Shown here: piece after piece, positions 9,586 through 19,467 of the stretch
Position numbering within the stretch: position 1 is the stretch's first letter
Layout: every line of letters starts with the position of its first letter
DNA from: an uncultured Lentisphaeraceae bacterium
GTDB lineage: Bacteria; Verrucomicrobiota; Kiritimatiellia; RFP12; UBA1067
Direction: 5' to 3'
Assembly (NCBI GenBank): GCA_964386865.1
Contig: CAYLUN010000012.1
Coordinates: 13,029 to 77,028 of the forward strand
Length of the DNA: 64,000 bases
Notes under the pieces: model-generated
Told to the model about the DNA's origin: nothing
Databases searched by the model: none
The model's input: the letters and a program-made list of their open reading frames with translations, nothing else
Translations under genes and position numbers: made by a program

Positions 9586-10029
9586 TTAGAGAGAGCCCTC
9601 GATATATTTCTCGAGGTTCCGGATCAGGGCGTCCTGCTCCGAGGCCACGAACTTGACGAGGTCGCCGATCGAGATGATGCCCAGGATGCGCTCCTGCGCG
9701 TCGATCACGGGCAGGTGGCGTATGCGCTTCTGCGTCATCAGCGCCATGCACTCATCCACCGTCGTCTCGGGCGAAGCATAGACCACTTTCTTAGTCATCA
9801 CGGACTTCACGAGCACGTCGCGCGGGGACTTGTCGAGCAGGATTACTTTACGGAAACAATCGCGCTCAGCGAAAATGCCGGCGATCTTCCCGTGCGCGTT
9901 CAGCACCAGCAGGGAGCCGATATTCTTTTGATCCATCAATTGAATGGCTTCGAAAACCGAAGCCTGGGGCGAGATGGCCACGATATCCCGCCCCTTCTGC
10001 ATGAGCAGTTGGTTGATCGGCGTGTTCAC
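9586..10029 (-). CDS. Stand-alone tandem CBS-domain protein
   Basis: GIFAERD, VMT and RIRHLPV...GIISIGDLVK. GTG start after a GAGG-like RBS; the start is uncertain (ORF extends to 10068). Confidence 0.88.
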   Translation of the reverse strand: MNTPINQLLMQKGRDIVAISPQASVFEAIQLMDQKNIGSLLVLNAHGKIAGIFAERDCFRKVILLDKSPRDVLVKSVMTKKVVYASPETTVDECMALMTQKRIRHLPVIDAQERILGIISIGDLVKFVASEQDALIRNLEKYIEGSL

Positions 10030-10187
10030 TTCACGTTCCTCCTTTGCGCTGGTTGACAACGGGCGCACGCGCGCCCGGGAGCGACCCCGCTTTCACCCGG
10101 CATATAACGGCACGATGGGCGCGAAGAAGCCCCAACAATCAATCATCACAACAGCCGGGCGGATTATCCATCATTACCGCCATTGTC

Positions 10188-10216
10188 AGTTTACGGCATC
10201 CCTGGCCACTGGTCAA
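10188..10216 (-). promoter_or_regulatory. Sigma70-type promoter for the CBS-hydCBA operon
   Basis: Minus strand TTGACC-17 nt-TAAACT. Confidence 0.55.
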
Positions 10217-10292
10217 GTCCGCTCCCGAATAAATCCTCGGGGGCGCGATTCAACTCCTAACGCCTAACTCCTCCTTTGCTGCGAGGCTCTGT

Positions 10293-10321
10293 TTGACGCC
10301 GCCGCGGCCTCTGAGTAGACT
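10293..10321 (+). promoter_or_regulatory. Sigma70-type promoter for murI
   Basis: TTGACG-17 nt-TAGACT, 28 bp before the GTG start. Confidence 0.55.
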
Positions 10322-10349
10322 ACTCGCAACTGAATTGGAGAGAAGAGCC

Positions 10350-11117
10350 GTGCGAATCGCTTTCTTTGACTCCGGCATCGGCGGCCTCACCGTGCTGAAG
10401 CAGGCCCTGGCCGCCCTGCCGAACGAGGAGTACCTCTATTTTGCGGACACCCGGAACGTGCCCTACGGCGTTCGCCCGAAAGACGAGGTGCTCAGCCTGA
10501 TCCTGAGCGCCGCCGAATTCCTGGCCCGCCAAGATATCCGGGCGCTCGTGGTCGCCTGCAACACGGCCACCTCGGCGGCCATCGGCGAGCTGCGCCGCCG
10601 CTACCCGTTCCCGGTCATCGGCATGGAGCCCGCCGTCAAGCCGGCGCTCGCCCGCAACGCCGGGAAGAAGGTGCTCGTGGCCGCCACCTCGCTCACCCTC
10701 CGCGAAAGCAAGCTCGAGACGCTCATCGTGCGGCTCGACAGCTCGCACCGCGTCGAGCGGCGGGAGCTGGACGGGCTCGTCACCTTCGCCGAGCGCTTCG
10801 ACTTCGACTCGCCCCTCGTCCGCGGCTACCTCGAGGAGAAGTTCGCCCACACCGACTGGTCTCAGTACGAAACCCTCGTGCTAGGCTGCACGCATTTCAT
10901 CTACTACCGAAGCCTGCTGCAAGCGCTCGCGGGCGACGGCGTCCAGCTGCTCGACGGCAACGCGGGCACCGTGAACCACCTCGTGAACACGGTCGGGGCG
11001 AACCGCTCGGCGACGCCGCCCGCGGGCGGCCGCGTCCGCTTCTACTCGTCGGGCGGCGAGGAGGAGACGCCCGAGCGCGTGCGGCGCCTGCTAGGCCTGC
11101 TCGCGGGCCCTCTCTGA
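10350..11117 (+). CDS. murI: Glutamate racemase
   Basis: FDSGIGGLTV, PYG, VACNTA, EPAVKPA and LGCTHF. Confidence 0.95.
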   Translation: MRIAFFDSGIGGLTVLKQALAALPNEEYLYFADTRNVPYGVRPKDEVLSLILSAAEFLARQDIRALVVACNTATSAAIGELRRRYPFPVIGMEPAVKPALARNAGKKVLVAATSLTLRESKLETLIVRLDSSHRVERRELDGLVTFAERFDFDSPLVRGYLEEKFAHTDWSQYETLVLGCTHFIYYRSLLQALAGDGVQLLDGNAGTVNHLVNTVGANRSATPPAGGRVRFYSSGGEEETPERVRRLLGLLAGPL

Positions 11118-12395
11118 CGTCCACCCCAGCTCGCGCCGGATGGCTTCCGCCACCGGCCAGCACAGCAGGTGCAGCAGCGACATCAGCGCGAGCACGTAGC
11201 GGAAGGCGTCGTCGCCCGACGCCGCGCAGGCCACCAGGATGAAGGCGGCCGTACCGATCACGCGGCCCGCGAAGATGCCGGCCTCGTGGCTGACGATGTA
11301 CGCGTAGCGGTTCTCCTTGCCGTCGCCCGACACCGCGTCGAGAGCGCCCAGCAGGATCGGCCCGTACGAGAGGTCGAACATCGGCTGCGCCACGAGCTGG
11401 CAAGCCATGAAGAACAGCACGGAGAACCGGTCGTACAGCGCCGCGTTCAGGGTGGCCCCGACCCCGTACAGCACGAGCGCGAACGCCAGCACCGCCACGC
11501 GGTGGTGCGGCCGCGTCGTCCGGCCGATCAGGTACATCAGCGCCGCGGCGGCGACCGCGCCCACGCTCTGAACCAGACCCAGCGCGCCCTCCTGCCCGCC
11601 GAGCACGCGCATGATCAGCACCGCCGGGGCGGTCGTCAGAAAAATGTGCACCGTCCCCTTGAGCGTCGCCAGCAGCAGCAGCTTGCGCCACACGGGCGGA
11701 TACCGCGCCCGCACCGTGAGCGCCGGCCGCTCGGTCGGAAACCCGCGCCGCAGCAGGAACGACGCCCCGCCCACCACCAGGGCCAGCGCCGCCGCCGCCA
11801 CCCACCGGTAGGCCTCCCGCGCCCCGTCCGCCGTGGCCTGCGGGCCGCCCCACCAGGCGATGAAGGCGCCGACCGCGCCCGGGACGATCACCCCGCTGAT
11901 GCAGTAGAAGAAGCTCTCCACGCCGAAGTAGTAGTTGCGCGTGCCGTCCTGCGTGCAAACCAGCGACAGGTAGTTGCGGTTCGCCCAGAGGAGCCCCGTA
12001 GCCAGACCCATCAGAAACCCCATCCCGACGGTGCGCGCCCACGTCAGTTCGTCCAGGGCCGTCATCGCCGCAAGCACCGCGCCGCACATGACGAGGCCGA
12101 AGGCGTACAGGTGCGCGAAGCTCAGCCGTCCGCCCACCAGGTAGCGGTTGAGGACGAACGCGAACGGGATACCCGCGTACAGGGCGAACTGGAATGCCAT
12201 CACGTGGTTCACGTCCTGCGTGTCGCGCAGGATGAGCGCGTACACGAAGATCGAGATCACCGGCATGGCGAAGACCGACAGCGAGGACGCGCCCAGCATC
12301 AGGCGCGCCTGGCGCGGCAGCGCGGCAAACAGCGCCCACTCTTTTAAGACCATCGACCGAATCAAAGCCCAGTTCCCCTTGTTCCCTCCTATCAT
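11091..12395 (-). CDS. MFS transporter
   Basis: About 12 hydrophobic segments in two halves; 27-bp convergent overlap with murI. Confidence 0.8.
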   Translation of the reverse strand: MIGGNKGNWALIRSMVLKEWALFAALPRQARLMLGASSLSVFAMPVISIFVYALILRDTQDVNHVMAFQFALYAGIPFAFVLNRYLVGGRLSFAHLYAFGLVMCGAVLAAMTALDELTWARTVGMGFLMGLATGLLWANRNYLSLVCTQDGTRNYYFGVESFFYCISGVIVPGAVGAFIAWWGGPQATADGAREAYRWVAAAALALVVGGASFLLRRGFPTERPALTVRARYPPVWRKLLLLATLKGTVHIFLTTAPAVLIMRVLGGQEGALGLVQSVGAVAAAALMYLIGRTTRPHHRVAVLAFALVLYGVGATLNAALYDRFSVLFFMACQLVAQPMFDLSYGPILLGALDAVSGDGKENRYAYIVSHEAGIFAGRVIGTAAFILVACAASGDDAFRYVLALMSLLHLLCWPVAEAIRRELGWTSERAREQA

Positions 12396-12654
12396 ACTAG
12401 GGCCGGCGCCTTCTGGCCACCACTTTGCTCGCCTGCCCGATGCGCGCGCTTCATTTGAGAGACCGGAAAATGCGTGGGCAAGCAGACGCTTGCTCCCCGG
12501 CCATCAGAATCCGGTTACACAGGGACGAGCGTCTGCTCGTCCTCTCTGCAAATGAACTGAGCGTGCGCCCCGATGCGGCGCCCCCTCTTTTCGCGACTGC
12601 AGCCTTGAGCGCGGCGGCCCAACCCATTACACTAGCGACAAGGAGTTTCAAGCC

Positions 12655-14619
12655 ATGCGTTCTGCACTCGCCGTCCTCGCTTTCTGCGCGTGCGCCTCCG
12701 CCGCACCGGGCGCCGCAGGCCAGCGGCCCTGGGGCGGACGCTACCGGACAATCCTCTGGTGCGGCGACCGCGTCGAGCGCAGCCGGGCGCACACCAACGC
12801 CCTCGCCTCCGCCTGCCGCGAGCTGGGCGTAACCACGCTCATGACCGGGCCTCGGGGCGACCCCACACCCTGGCTGGGCGCAGGCTTCGACTACTACGTG
12901 GAAAACGTCGTCAGCCCCGGCCTCTGCCTCAAGTTTCGCTCGACGGTCACCGACTGGGACGCCTTCGTCACCGCGTGGGCGAAGCACAGGGGCCACGGCG
13001 AGTTCACGCGCGACTACTGCCTGGCCGACCCCGTCTGGCGCGGCGGCGCCCGCGCCGCCGTCCGCGAGGCCGCCGCCCGCCACGCGCCTGATGCGCCGGT
13101 CCTGTACGACCTCCGCGACGAGCTCTCGGTTACGGTCTCGGCCAACCCGTTCGACTACGACTTCGCGCCGGCCAGCCTGGCGGCCTTCCGGCTCTGGCTC
13201 CAGACGCGCCACCCCTCGCTCGTCGCCCTCAACGCCGCGTGGCTCACGGCCTATCCGTCATGGGAGGCGGTCACGCCCTTCTCGACCGACGAGATCAAGG
13301 CCCGCCTGGCTGGACTCGTGGACGCCCAAGGCCGGAAGCCCGACTGGCCCGCCGTGCGCGCCACGCGCTACACGCCGGAGGCGGTCCGCGCCGCGCCCGC
13401 ACGCTGGCACCTCGCGCCGTGGTGCGACTTCCGCACGTTCATGGACGACTGCCTCGCCGAGACGCTGGACGATCTGTGCGCGGCCTCGCATGCGGCCGAC
13501 CCCGCCACGCCCGTCGGCATCGAGGGCACGCAGATGCCCAGCGCCTGGGGCGGCTACGACCTCTGGAAGCTTTCGCGCGTACTCGACTGGGTGGAGCCTT
13601 ACGACATCACTGCGGCCCGCGCGGTCTTCGGCTCCTTCATGCGCGGAAAACCGCTCCTCGCGACCTACGGCGAGCGCGACCCCGTGGCGGTCTCGCGGCG
13701 GATGTGGCACCTGCTGCTGGAGGGCGACTGCGGCGCGATCCTCTGGTGGAGCGAAGACCTGCTCGAGGGCGAGGGCGGCGCGCTGCGCCTCAGCGCCAAG
13801 GGCCGCGCCCTCGCGCCTGCCGTGCGCGAGATGCAGACGCCACTCGCCCGCCTGCTGCTACGCGCTGAACGCGTGAGCGATCCCGTCGCCGTCCACTACT
13901 CGCAGGCCTCGATCCAGCTCGCCTGGCTCTTCGAGTCCTTCGAAGACGGCGCCACGTGGCACCGGCGCTTCTCCAGCTACGAAGCGACCCACAGCCGCCA
14001 CGCCGCGCTGCGCACCGAGCTGTGGCAGCGCCTGCGCGAAGCCGGCTGGTCGCCGCAGTTCGTCTCGTACGAAGAGATCGAAAACAACGCGCTCGCCGAG
14101 CGCGGCTTCAACGCCTGCCTGCTGCCCGACTCGTACGCGCTCTCGGACCGCGAGGCCCTGGCCCTGAGGGCCTTTGCCAAAATCCCCGGCAACCGCCTGC
14201 TCCACACGGGAGAGCCGGGCGTCTTCGACGCTAGCGGCACGCCGCGTGATGCGCCGCCCTTCCCGTCCTGCCCCCAGACGGCCGCCCAGCTCGTCGACGG
14301 CCTGCCGCCGCCCGCCGTCCGAGTCGCCACGCCCGGCACCGGCGTGTGCGTGTACCGCTACCGCGTCGGAGGGGAGCCGATCTTCGCGCTCGAACAGCGC
14401 CAGCACGGACAGGTCGGCGAGGACGTCACCGCGAGCGCCACACCCGAGAAATCGGGCAAGACACAGCGCGTGTCCTTCGTCTATAATGACCGACGCCCGC
14501 TGCTGGATCTGCGCAGCGGACAGACGGTAGGAAGGGACGGTCGCGCCGAGGTCGCCGTGCCGTTCGAGCGGCCCGCCGTTCTGGGGTTTTCGATGGCGCT
14601 GGCCCCGCCCGACCAGTAG
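12655..14619 (+). CDS. Secreted GH42-like (clan GH-A) glycoside hydrolase with trimerisation-like domain
   Basis: Signal peptide, DLRDE, FRLWL..RHPSL.ALNAAW, W.DFR.F and a class-I GATase-like C-terminal part. Confidence 0.65.
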   Translation: MRSALAVLAFCACASAAPGAAGQRPWGGRYRTILWCGDRVERSRAHTNALASACRELGVTTLMTGPRGDPTPWLGAGFDYYVENVVSPGLCLKFRSTVTDWDAFVTAWAKHRGHGEFTRDYCLADPVWRGGARAAVREAAARHAPDAPVLYDLRDELSVTVSANPFDYDFAPASLAAFRLWLQTRHPSLVALNAAWLTAYPSWEAVTPFSTDEIKARLAGLVDAQGRKPDWPAVRATRYTPEAVRAAPARWHLAPWCDFRTFMDDCLAETLDDLCAASHAADPATPVGIEGTQMPSAWGGYDLWKLSRVLDWVEPYDITAARAVFGSFMRGKPLLATYGERDPVAVSRRMWHLLLEGDCGAILWWSEDLLEGEGGALRLSAKGRALAPAVREMQTPLARLLLRAERVSDPVAVHYSQASIQLAWLFESFEDGATWHRRFSSYEATHSRHAALRTELWQRLREAGWSPQFVSYEEIENNALAERGFNACLLPDSYALSDREALALRAFAKIPGNRLLHTGEPGVFDASGTPRDAPPFPSCPQTAAQLVDGLPPPAVRVATPGTGVCVYRYRVGGEPIFALEQRQHGQVGEDVTASATPEKSGKTQRVSFVYNDRRPLLDLRSGQTVGRDGRAEVAVPFERPAVLGFSMALAPPDQ

Positions 14620-14723
14620 GGACGCCGCCCCGCCGGCGTCCGCGATCCGCGCGGGGTGCCGTCGCGGCTGCAGCGGCCGGCTGCCCACCTGTGCAGAGCT
14701 TAGCAAACAAGAAGGAAACAGCC

Positions 14724-16568
14724 ATGACGCATCTGACCATACTCGCCCTCGCTCTCCTCGCCACCTGCGCCCGCGCCGCCGAACAGGCGCTCGAATCGCC
14801 CGACAAGGCTGTCCGCGCCGTCATCGCCCTCTCGCCTGAGGGCGCGCTCACCTACCGCGTGGATTACAAGGGCAAGCCGCTCATCCTGCAGTCGAAGCTG
14901 GGCTTCACAAGCGAAGACAAGGCCGACCTGACGACGGGCTTCTCGTTTGTGGACGCCAAGCGGTCGGCCGTTAGCCAGACGTGGAAGCCGCCGTACGGCG
15001 AGCGGGCTCTGGTGGCCGACGCCTACACGGCGCTCATGGCCACCTACATGATCAAGGGGACGGGAGACCTCACGCTGACCCTCGAGTGCCGCGCCTATAG
15101 CGAGGGGTTTGCGTTCCGCTACGTCTTCCCCAAGCAGACGCGCGCGCAGCTCGACATCGCCAAGGAGAACACCGAGTTCGCCTTCGCCGGCGACCACCGC
15201 GCGTGGCCCGTCTACGCGGCGCAGGGCACCTACAAGCCGGCCCTGCTCAGCGAGGTCAAGGACGGCGCGGAGCGGCCCCTCACCGTTGAGGTCAAGGACG
15301 GGCCGGTCGCGGCGATCGGCGAGGCGGGCCTCTTCACCTTTGCCCGCATGAAATTCGCCCCCGTCGCGGGCAAGCCCTACGCCCTCGCGGCCCGCCTCGA
15401 CGGCAAGGCCGCGCTGCCGCTGCCCGGCGCGACCCCCTGGCGCTACGTGATGGTCGCCGACAGCGCGGCCCGCCTGCTGGAGCAGAACGATTTCATCCTG
15501 AACCTGAACGAGCCGTCGAAGATCGCCGACACGTCGTGGCTCAAGCCCGGCAAAGTCATCCGCGAGACCTCGCTCACAACGGCCGGCGGCAAGGCGTGCG
15601 TCGACTTCTGCAGGGTCATGAACCTCCAGTACATCGAGTTCGACGCGGGCTGGTACGGCCACGAGTACAGCGACGCCTCGGACGCGCGCGCGGTCAACCT
15701 TGACCCCAAGCGCTCCAAGGGCCCGCTCGACCTGCCAGAGGTGATCCGCTACGCCAAGGAGAAGGGTGTGGGCGTGCTGCTCTACGTCAACCGCCGCGAG
15801 CTGGAGCGCCGCCTTGACGAGCTGCTGCCGCTCTACAAATCGTGGGGCGTCGCGGGCCTGAAGTACGGCTTCGTCAACGTCGGCAGCCAGCAGTGGACCG
15901 CGTGGCTGCACGACGCCATTCGCAAGGCGGGCGAGGCCGGGCTGATGATCGACATCCACGACGAGTACCGCGTCACGGGCAACCAGCGCACCTGGCCGAA
16001 CGTCATGACCGTGGAGGGCATCAGCGGCAACGAGGAGATGCCCGAGGCGACACACAACTGCGCGCTGCCTTTCACGCGCTACCTCTGCGGCCCCGGCGAC
16101 TACACGCCCTGCTGGTACAACAACCGGGTTAAGAACACCCGCGCCCACCAGCTCGCGCTGCCGGCGGTCTACTACAGCCCGTGGATGTTTGTCTTCTGGT
16201 ACGACAGCCCCGGCCTGTACAAGGGCGACCCGGAACTCGACTTCTGGCGGCAGATCCCGACGGTCTGGGACGACACGAAGGTGCTCAACGCCAAGATCGG
16301 CTCTTACGCCACCGTGGCCCGCCGCAGCGGCGCGCAGTGGTTCGTCGGCACGATCAACGCGGGCGAGCGCCGTACGCTCAGCATCCCGCTCGCGTTCCTC
16401 ATGCCCGGCACGCGCTACACCGCCTCGATCTACAGCGACGGCGCGCCGGACGGCAGCGATCGCACGCGCGTAGCTTGTGCGACACGCGAGGTCACTTCGT
16501 CTGACACGCTCACGGCGGACCTCGCCGCGAACGGCGGACACGCCGTGCGCCTGGCGCCAATGAACTAG
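14724..16568 (+). CDS. Glycoside hydrolase family 97 protein
   Basis: Signal peptide, SPD N-terminus, RAY.EGFAFRY, TPWR, WLKPGK, DAGWY, RTWPN...EG..GNE, PFTR..GP.DYTP and PTVWDDT. Confidence 0.92.
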   Translation: MTHLTILALALLATCARAAEQALESPDKAVRAVIALSPEGALTYRVDYKGKPLILQSKLGFTSEDKADLTTGFSFVDAKRSAVSQTWKPPYGERALVADAYTALMATYMIKGTGDLTLTLECRAYSEGFAFRYVFPKQTRAQLDIAKENTEFAFAGDHRAWPVYAAQGTYKPALLSEVKDGAERPLTVEVKDGPVAAIGEAGLFTFARMKFAPVAGKPYALAARLDGKAALPLPGATPWRYVMVADSAARLLEQNDFILNLNEPSKIADTSWLKPGKVIRETSLTTAGGKACVDFCRVMNLQYIEFDAGWYGHEYSDASDARAVNLDPKRSKGPLDLPEVIRYAKEKGVGVLLYVNRRELERRLDELLPLYKSWGVAGLKYGFVNVGSQQWTAWLHDAIRKAGEAGLMIDIHDEYRVTGNQRTWPNVMTVEGISGNEEMPEATHNCALPFTRYLCGPGDYTPCWYNNRVKNTRAHQLALPAVYYSPWMFVFWYDSPGLYKGDPELDFWRQIPTVWDDTKVLNAKIGSYATVARRSGAQWFVGTINAGERRTLSIPLAFLMPGTRYTASIYSDGAPDGSDRTRVACATREVTSSDTLTADLAANGGHAVRLAPMN

Positions 16569-16604
16569 AGGCTGGCACGGGTGGGCGAGCCAACCGACCA
16601 TCGC

Positions 16605-19163
16605 CTATTCGCTGTCGAGCGCCTCGCGGACTTTGGTCGCCAGATCGTTCATGGACATCGGTTTCTGTATGAAGTGCACCCCTACGTCAAGCACGCCGTG
16701 GTGGGCGATTACGTCCGCCGTGTAGCCGGACATGAACAGACGCTTCAGGTTCGGACAGAAAGCGAGCAGGGTTCTAGCCAATTCGCGCCCGTTCATCTCG
16801 GGCATAATCACATCGGTCATGAGCAGATGAATCGGCCGGCGGCACTCCGTGGCCAGGCGGATCGCCTCGCCGGGAGACCGGGCGGCAAGCACGGTGTAGC
16901 CCAACCGCTCGACGAGCCGCGTGATGAGCCGTAGCATCGCCGGCTCGTCCTCAACCAACAGGACGGTCTCTTGGCCGCGTTTGACGGGCTCCAGTGCGCG
17001 TTCCTTCTGAGACTGGCCAGGCTTGCTCACATGCCGGGGCAGAAATACTTTGAATGTGGTGCCGATCCCCTTCTCACTGTGGACACTGATATGCCCGTTG
17101 TTCTGTTTGACGATGCCATAGACGGTCGCCAGACCGAGTCCGGTCCCATGCCCCACGTTCTTGGTCGTGAAGAACGGCTCAAACAGGTGCAGCTGCGCCT
17201 CCTGATCCATTCCGCAGCCGTTGTCGCTCACAACCAGCATGACGTATTCCCCGGGCAAAAAGCCCGCGTGCCGCTCACAGCTCTCCTCATCAATCACGCA
17301 GTTACCCGTCTCAATCATGACCCGGCCGACGTCATGGATGGCGTCACGTGCGTTCACGCTCAGATTGGCCAGTATCTGGTCGACCTGTGACGGATCGACC
17401 CTGACCGGCCACAGATCCAGCTTCGGCTTCCACACGAGGTCGATGTCCTCGCCGATAAGCCGCTTCAGCATCTTGAGCATCCCTTCGACGGTTTCGCTCA
17501 AATTCAGCACTTTGGGCGTAACGGTCTGTTTGCGGGCGAAAGCCAAAAGCTGCCGCGTGAGGTCCGCCGAACGCTCCGCGGCCTTGCGGATTTCCAGCAG
17601 CTCGGCGAACAAAGGATCGCCGCGCGTCAGCTCACCCAAGGCGATTTCCGTGTTTCCGAGAATCACGCCCAGCATGTTGTTGAAGTCGTGAGCCACGCCG
17701 CCCGCCAACCGGCCGACCGACTCCATCTTCTGGGCCTGCTGGAGTTGCGCCTCCAACCGGGCCTTATCTTCCTGAACGCGCTTGCCTTCGGTCGTGTCGG
17801 CCAGAATGCAGGCGAACTGTCCGGGGGCCGGCCGAAAGGCCTTCACCTCATAGTGCCTGCCTAGCTCGGTGGCGAAGTCTTCGAACGAGGTCGGCTCGCC
17901 GGTCAACGCCACTTTGCCGTACGTCTCGATCCAGTGCGACTCGATGCCGGGCAAAACATCCCGAACCGTGCGCCCCTCAACCTCCTCTGCCTTCAGTCCG
18001 GTCAAACGCTCGAAGGCCGGGTTGACAGTCAAGAATCGATAGTCAACCGGCCGCCCCTTCTCATCGCAGATGATCTCGTGCAGCGCGAAACCGTCCAACA
18101 TTTCCCGGAAGAGCGTCCGATAGTTCTCTTCGGCCAGGCGATGGGCTGTGATATCGCGGCTGATCGAGAGAACCGACTGCACCACCCCCTGAACGTCCCG
18201 TTCGGGCATCAACCGCCAGTTGAGGATCATCCGGCCGCGTTTGCCGTCTAGCCTGAACTCCGTCTCGTAGGGCGCGCCGTTCTTGAACACACGCTGGATC
18301 GCCCCGCCCCAGAGGCGGCACAATGCCTCTGAATAGCCCAGCTCGCGATGCGTCTTGCCGATGAACTGCGACGCGCGAACCCCAAACATGTCGCCGCCGT
18401 TGGCGGAGACGAACAGGTGCCGCCCCTGGCGATCAAAACGCGCCACAAAGTCGGGAAGCCCCTCAACCAGCGCCCGATAGGTCTCCTCGCTCTTCCGCAG
18501 CGCCTCTTCGGCCTGTTGGCGCTCCCCGATGAACCGGGCCTGCTGGACGTTCTGGTAGGCCGCCCCCGAGAGCTGGCTCGCCAGTGTGAATAACGCCTGG
18601 GCGACTTGCGTGAACCGCGCCAGCGACATGACCGGCACCTCGCGAAAGGCCTCCAGGAAAGCCGTCTCGTCCGCGCCGATGGTGCGGGCGTATTCCAGCA
18701 TCCCCTGCTCGCTCTGAGTCTCGTCTCTGACCTGACCGATCAGCCAATTGGCGATGTGCCGGTCACCGACGCAGATGCTTGTCCCCGCATCCCATAGCCC
18801 GCCGCTCAGGCACGGCTGGATGCGGGGCCCGCCCGGATGGCGCCCCCCCAGCGCGGAGTCCGAATGGAAGCAGTTTCGCCGCCCTATTTCGGTACAACGG
18901 ATGACATCCCTACAGAGCCGGCAGAAGTTGCTCGGCCGGGTTATGGGTGTCCCGTCCGGCCGCGTGATGATCGAGGCCACGCCTGTCGCGGCAGAAAAGT
19001 CATCTTGAATGCGCTGAATGTCGCCCGGATCGAACAGGTCTTCAAACGTAACGCGCTCCGGCTGATCCAACGGACGAGGGAGGGCATTATCGAGCAGAGT
19101 CACGTCCGCGCCTGACATCACCGGATTGTGCCGACAGCGCTCATCCGTCTCGCTCACACTCAT
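16605..19163 (-). CDS. PocR-PAS-PAS hybrid sensor histidine kinase/response regulator
   Basis: PocR motif (IQDDFS.ATG...FCRLC...C...CLSGGLWD...IGQV), two PAS domains, AHDFNNML, NARDA, DNGCGM, GTGLGL and a C-terminal REC (TDVIMP). Confidence 0.92.
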   Translation of the reverse strand: MSVSETDERCRHNPVMSGADVTLLDNALPRPLDQPERVTFEDLFDPGDIQRIQDDFSAATGVASIITRPDGTPITRPSNFCRLCRDVIRCTEIGRRNCFHSDSALGGRHPGGPRIQPCLSGGLWDAGTSICVGDRHIANWLIGQVRDETQSEQGMLEYARTIGADETAFLEAFREVPVMSLARFTQVAQALFTLASQLSGAAYQNVQQARFIGERQQAEEALRKSEETYRALVEGLPDFVARFDRQGRHLFVSANGGDMFGVRASQFIGKTHRELGYSEALCRLWGGAIQRVFKNGAPYETEFRLDGKRGRMILNWRLMPERDVQGVVQSVLSISRDITAHRLAEENYRTLFREMLDGFALHEIICDEKGRPVDYRFLTVNPAFERLTGLKAEEVEGRTVRDVLPGIESHWIETYGKVALTGEPTSFEDFATELGRHYEVKAFRPAPGQFACILADTTEGKRVQEDKARLEAQLQQAQKMESVGRLAGGVAHDFNNMLGVILGNTEIALGELTRGDPLFAELLEIRKAAERSADLTRQLLAFARKQTVTPKVLNLSETVEGMLKMLKRLIGEDIDLVWKPKLDLWPVRVDPSQVDQILANLSVNARDAIHDVGRVMIETGNCVIDEESCERHAGFLPGEYVMLVVSDNGCGMDQEAQLHLFEPFFTTKNVGHGTGLGLATVYGIVKQNNGHISVHSEKGIGTTFKVFLPRHVSKPGQSQKERALEPVKRGQETVLLVEDEPAMLRLITRLVERLGYTVLAARSPGEAIRLATECRRPIHLLMTDVIMPEMNGRELARTLLAFCPNLKRLFMSGYTADVIAHHGVLDVGVHFIQKPMSMNDLATKVREALDSE

Positions 19164-19405
19164 TCACAGCCTCCGAACGCCAGCCGACGCGTGAGGGTTT
19201 AGCAACTCCGCCCAGCGGCGGCGCCTGGCCGGCAGCTATTCGTCATGACCGCCACTCAACAGGTGCCGAAGGTCTCTCGACCCTATCCACTATCAATGAA
19301 ACGCTGAGCGTCTGATAGGACTCGTAACCTTACCATTAGGACTTTGTATGATACCGAAGCTCAGGTGGCGCAACAAGTCAGCAATACGGAAAATGTGCAG
19401 ACATG

Positions 19406-19437
19406 AAAAAAAGGCCGCCCGAGCCCGGGCGGCCTTT
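19406..19437 (-). terminator. Intrinsic terminator downstream of fusA
   Basis: Stem AAAGGCCGCCCG/CGGGCGGCCTTT followed by a T7 tract on the minus strand, about 30 bp after the fusA stop. Confidence 0.85.
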
Positions 19438-19467
19438 CTCTTGAGGGTGTCTTGTCCAGCCCGGCGC

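Noticed and set aside
10133-10152. Rex operator upstream of the hydrogenase operon
   Set aside because: Only one half-site (TCACAA); no matching palindromic arm.
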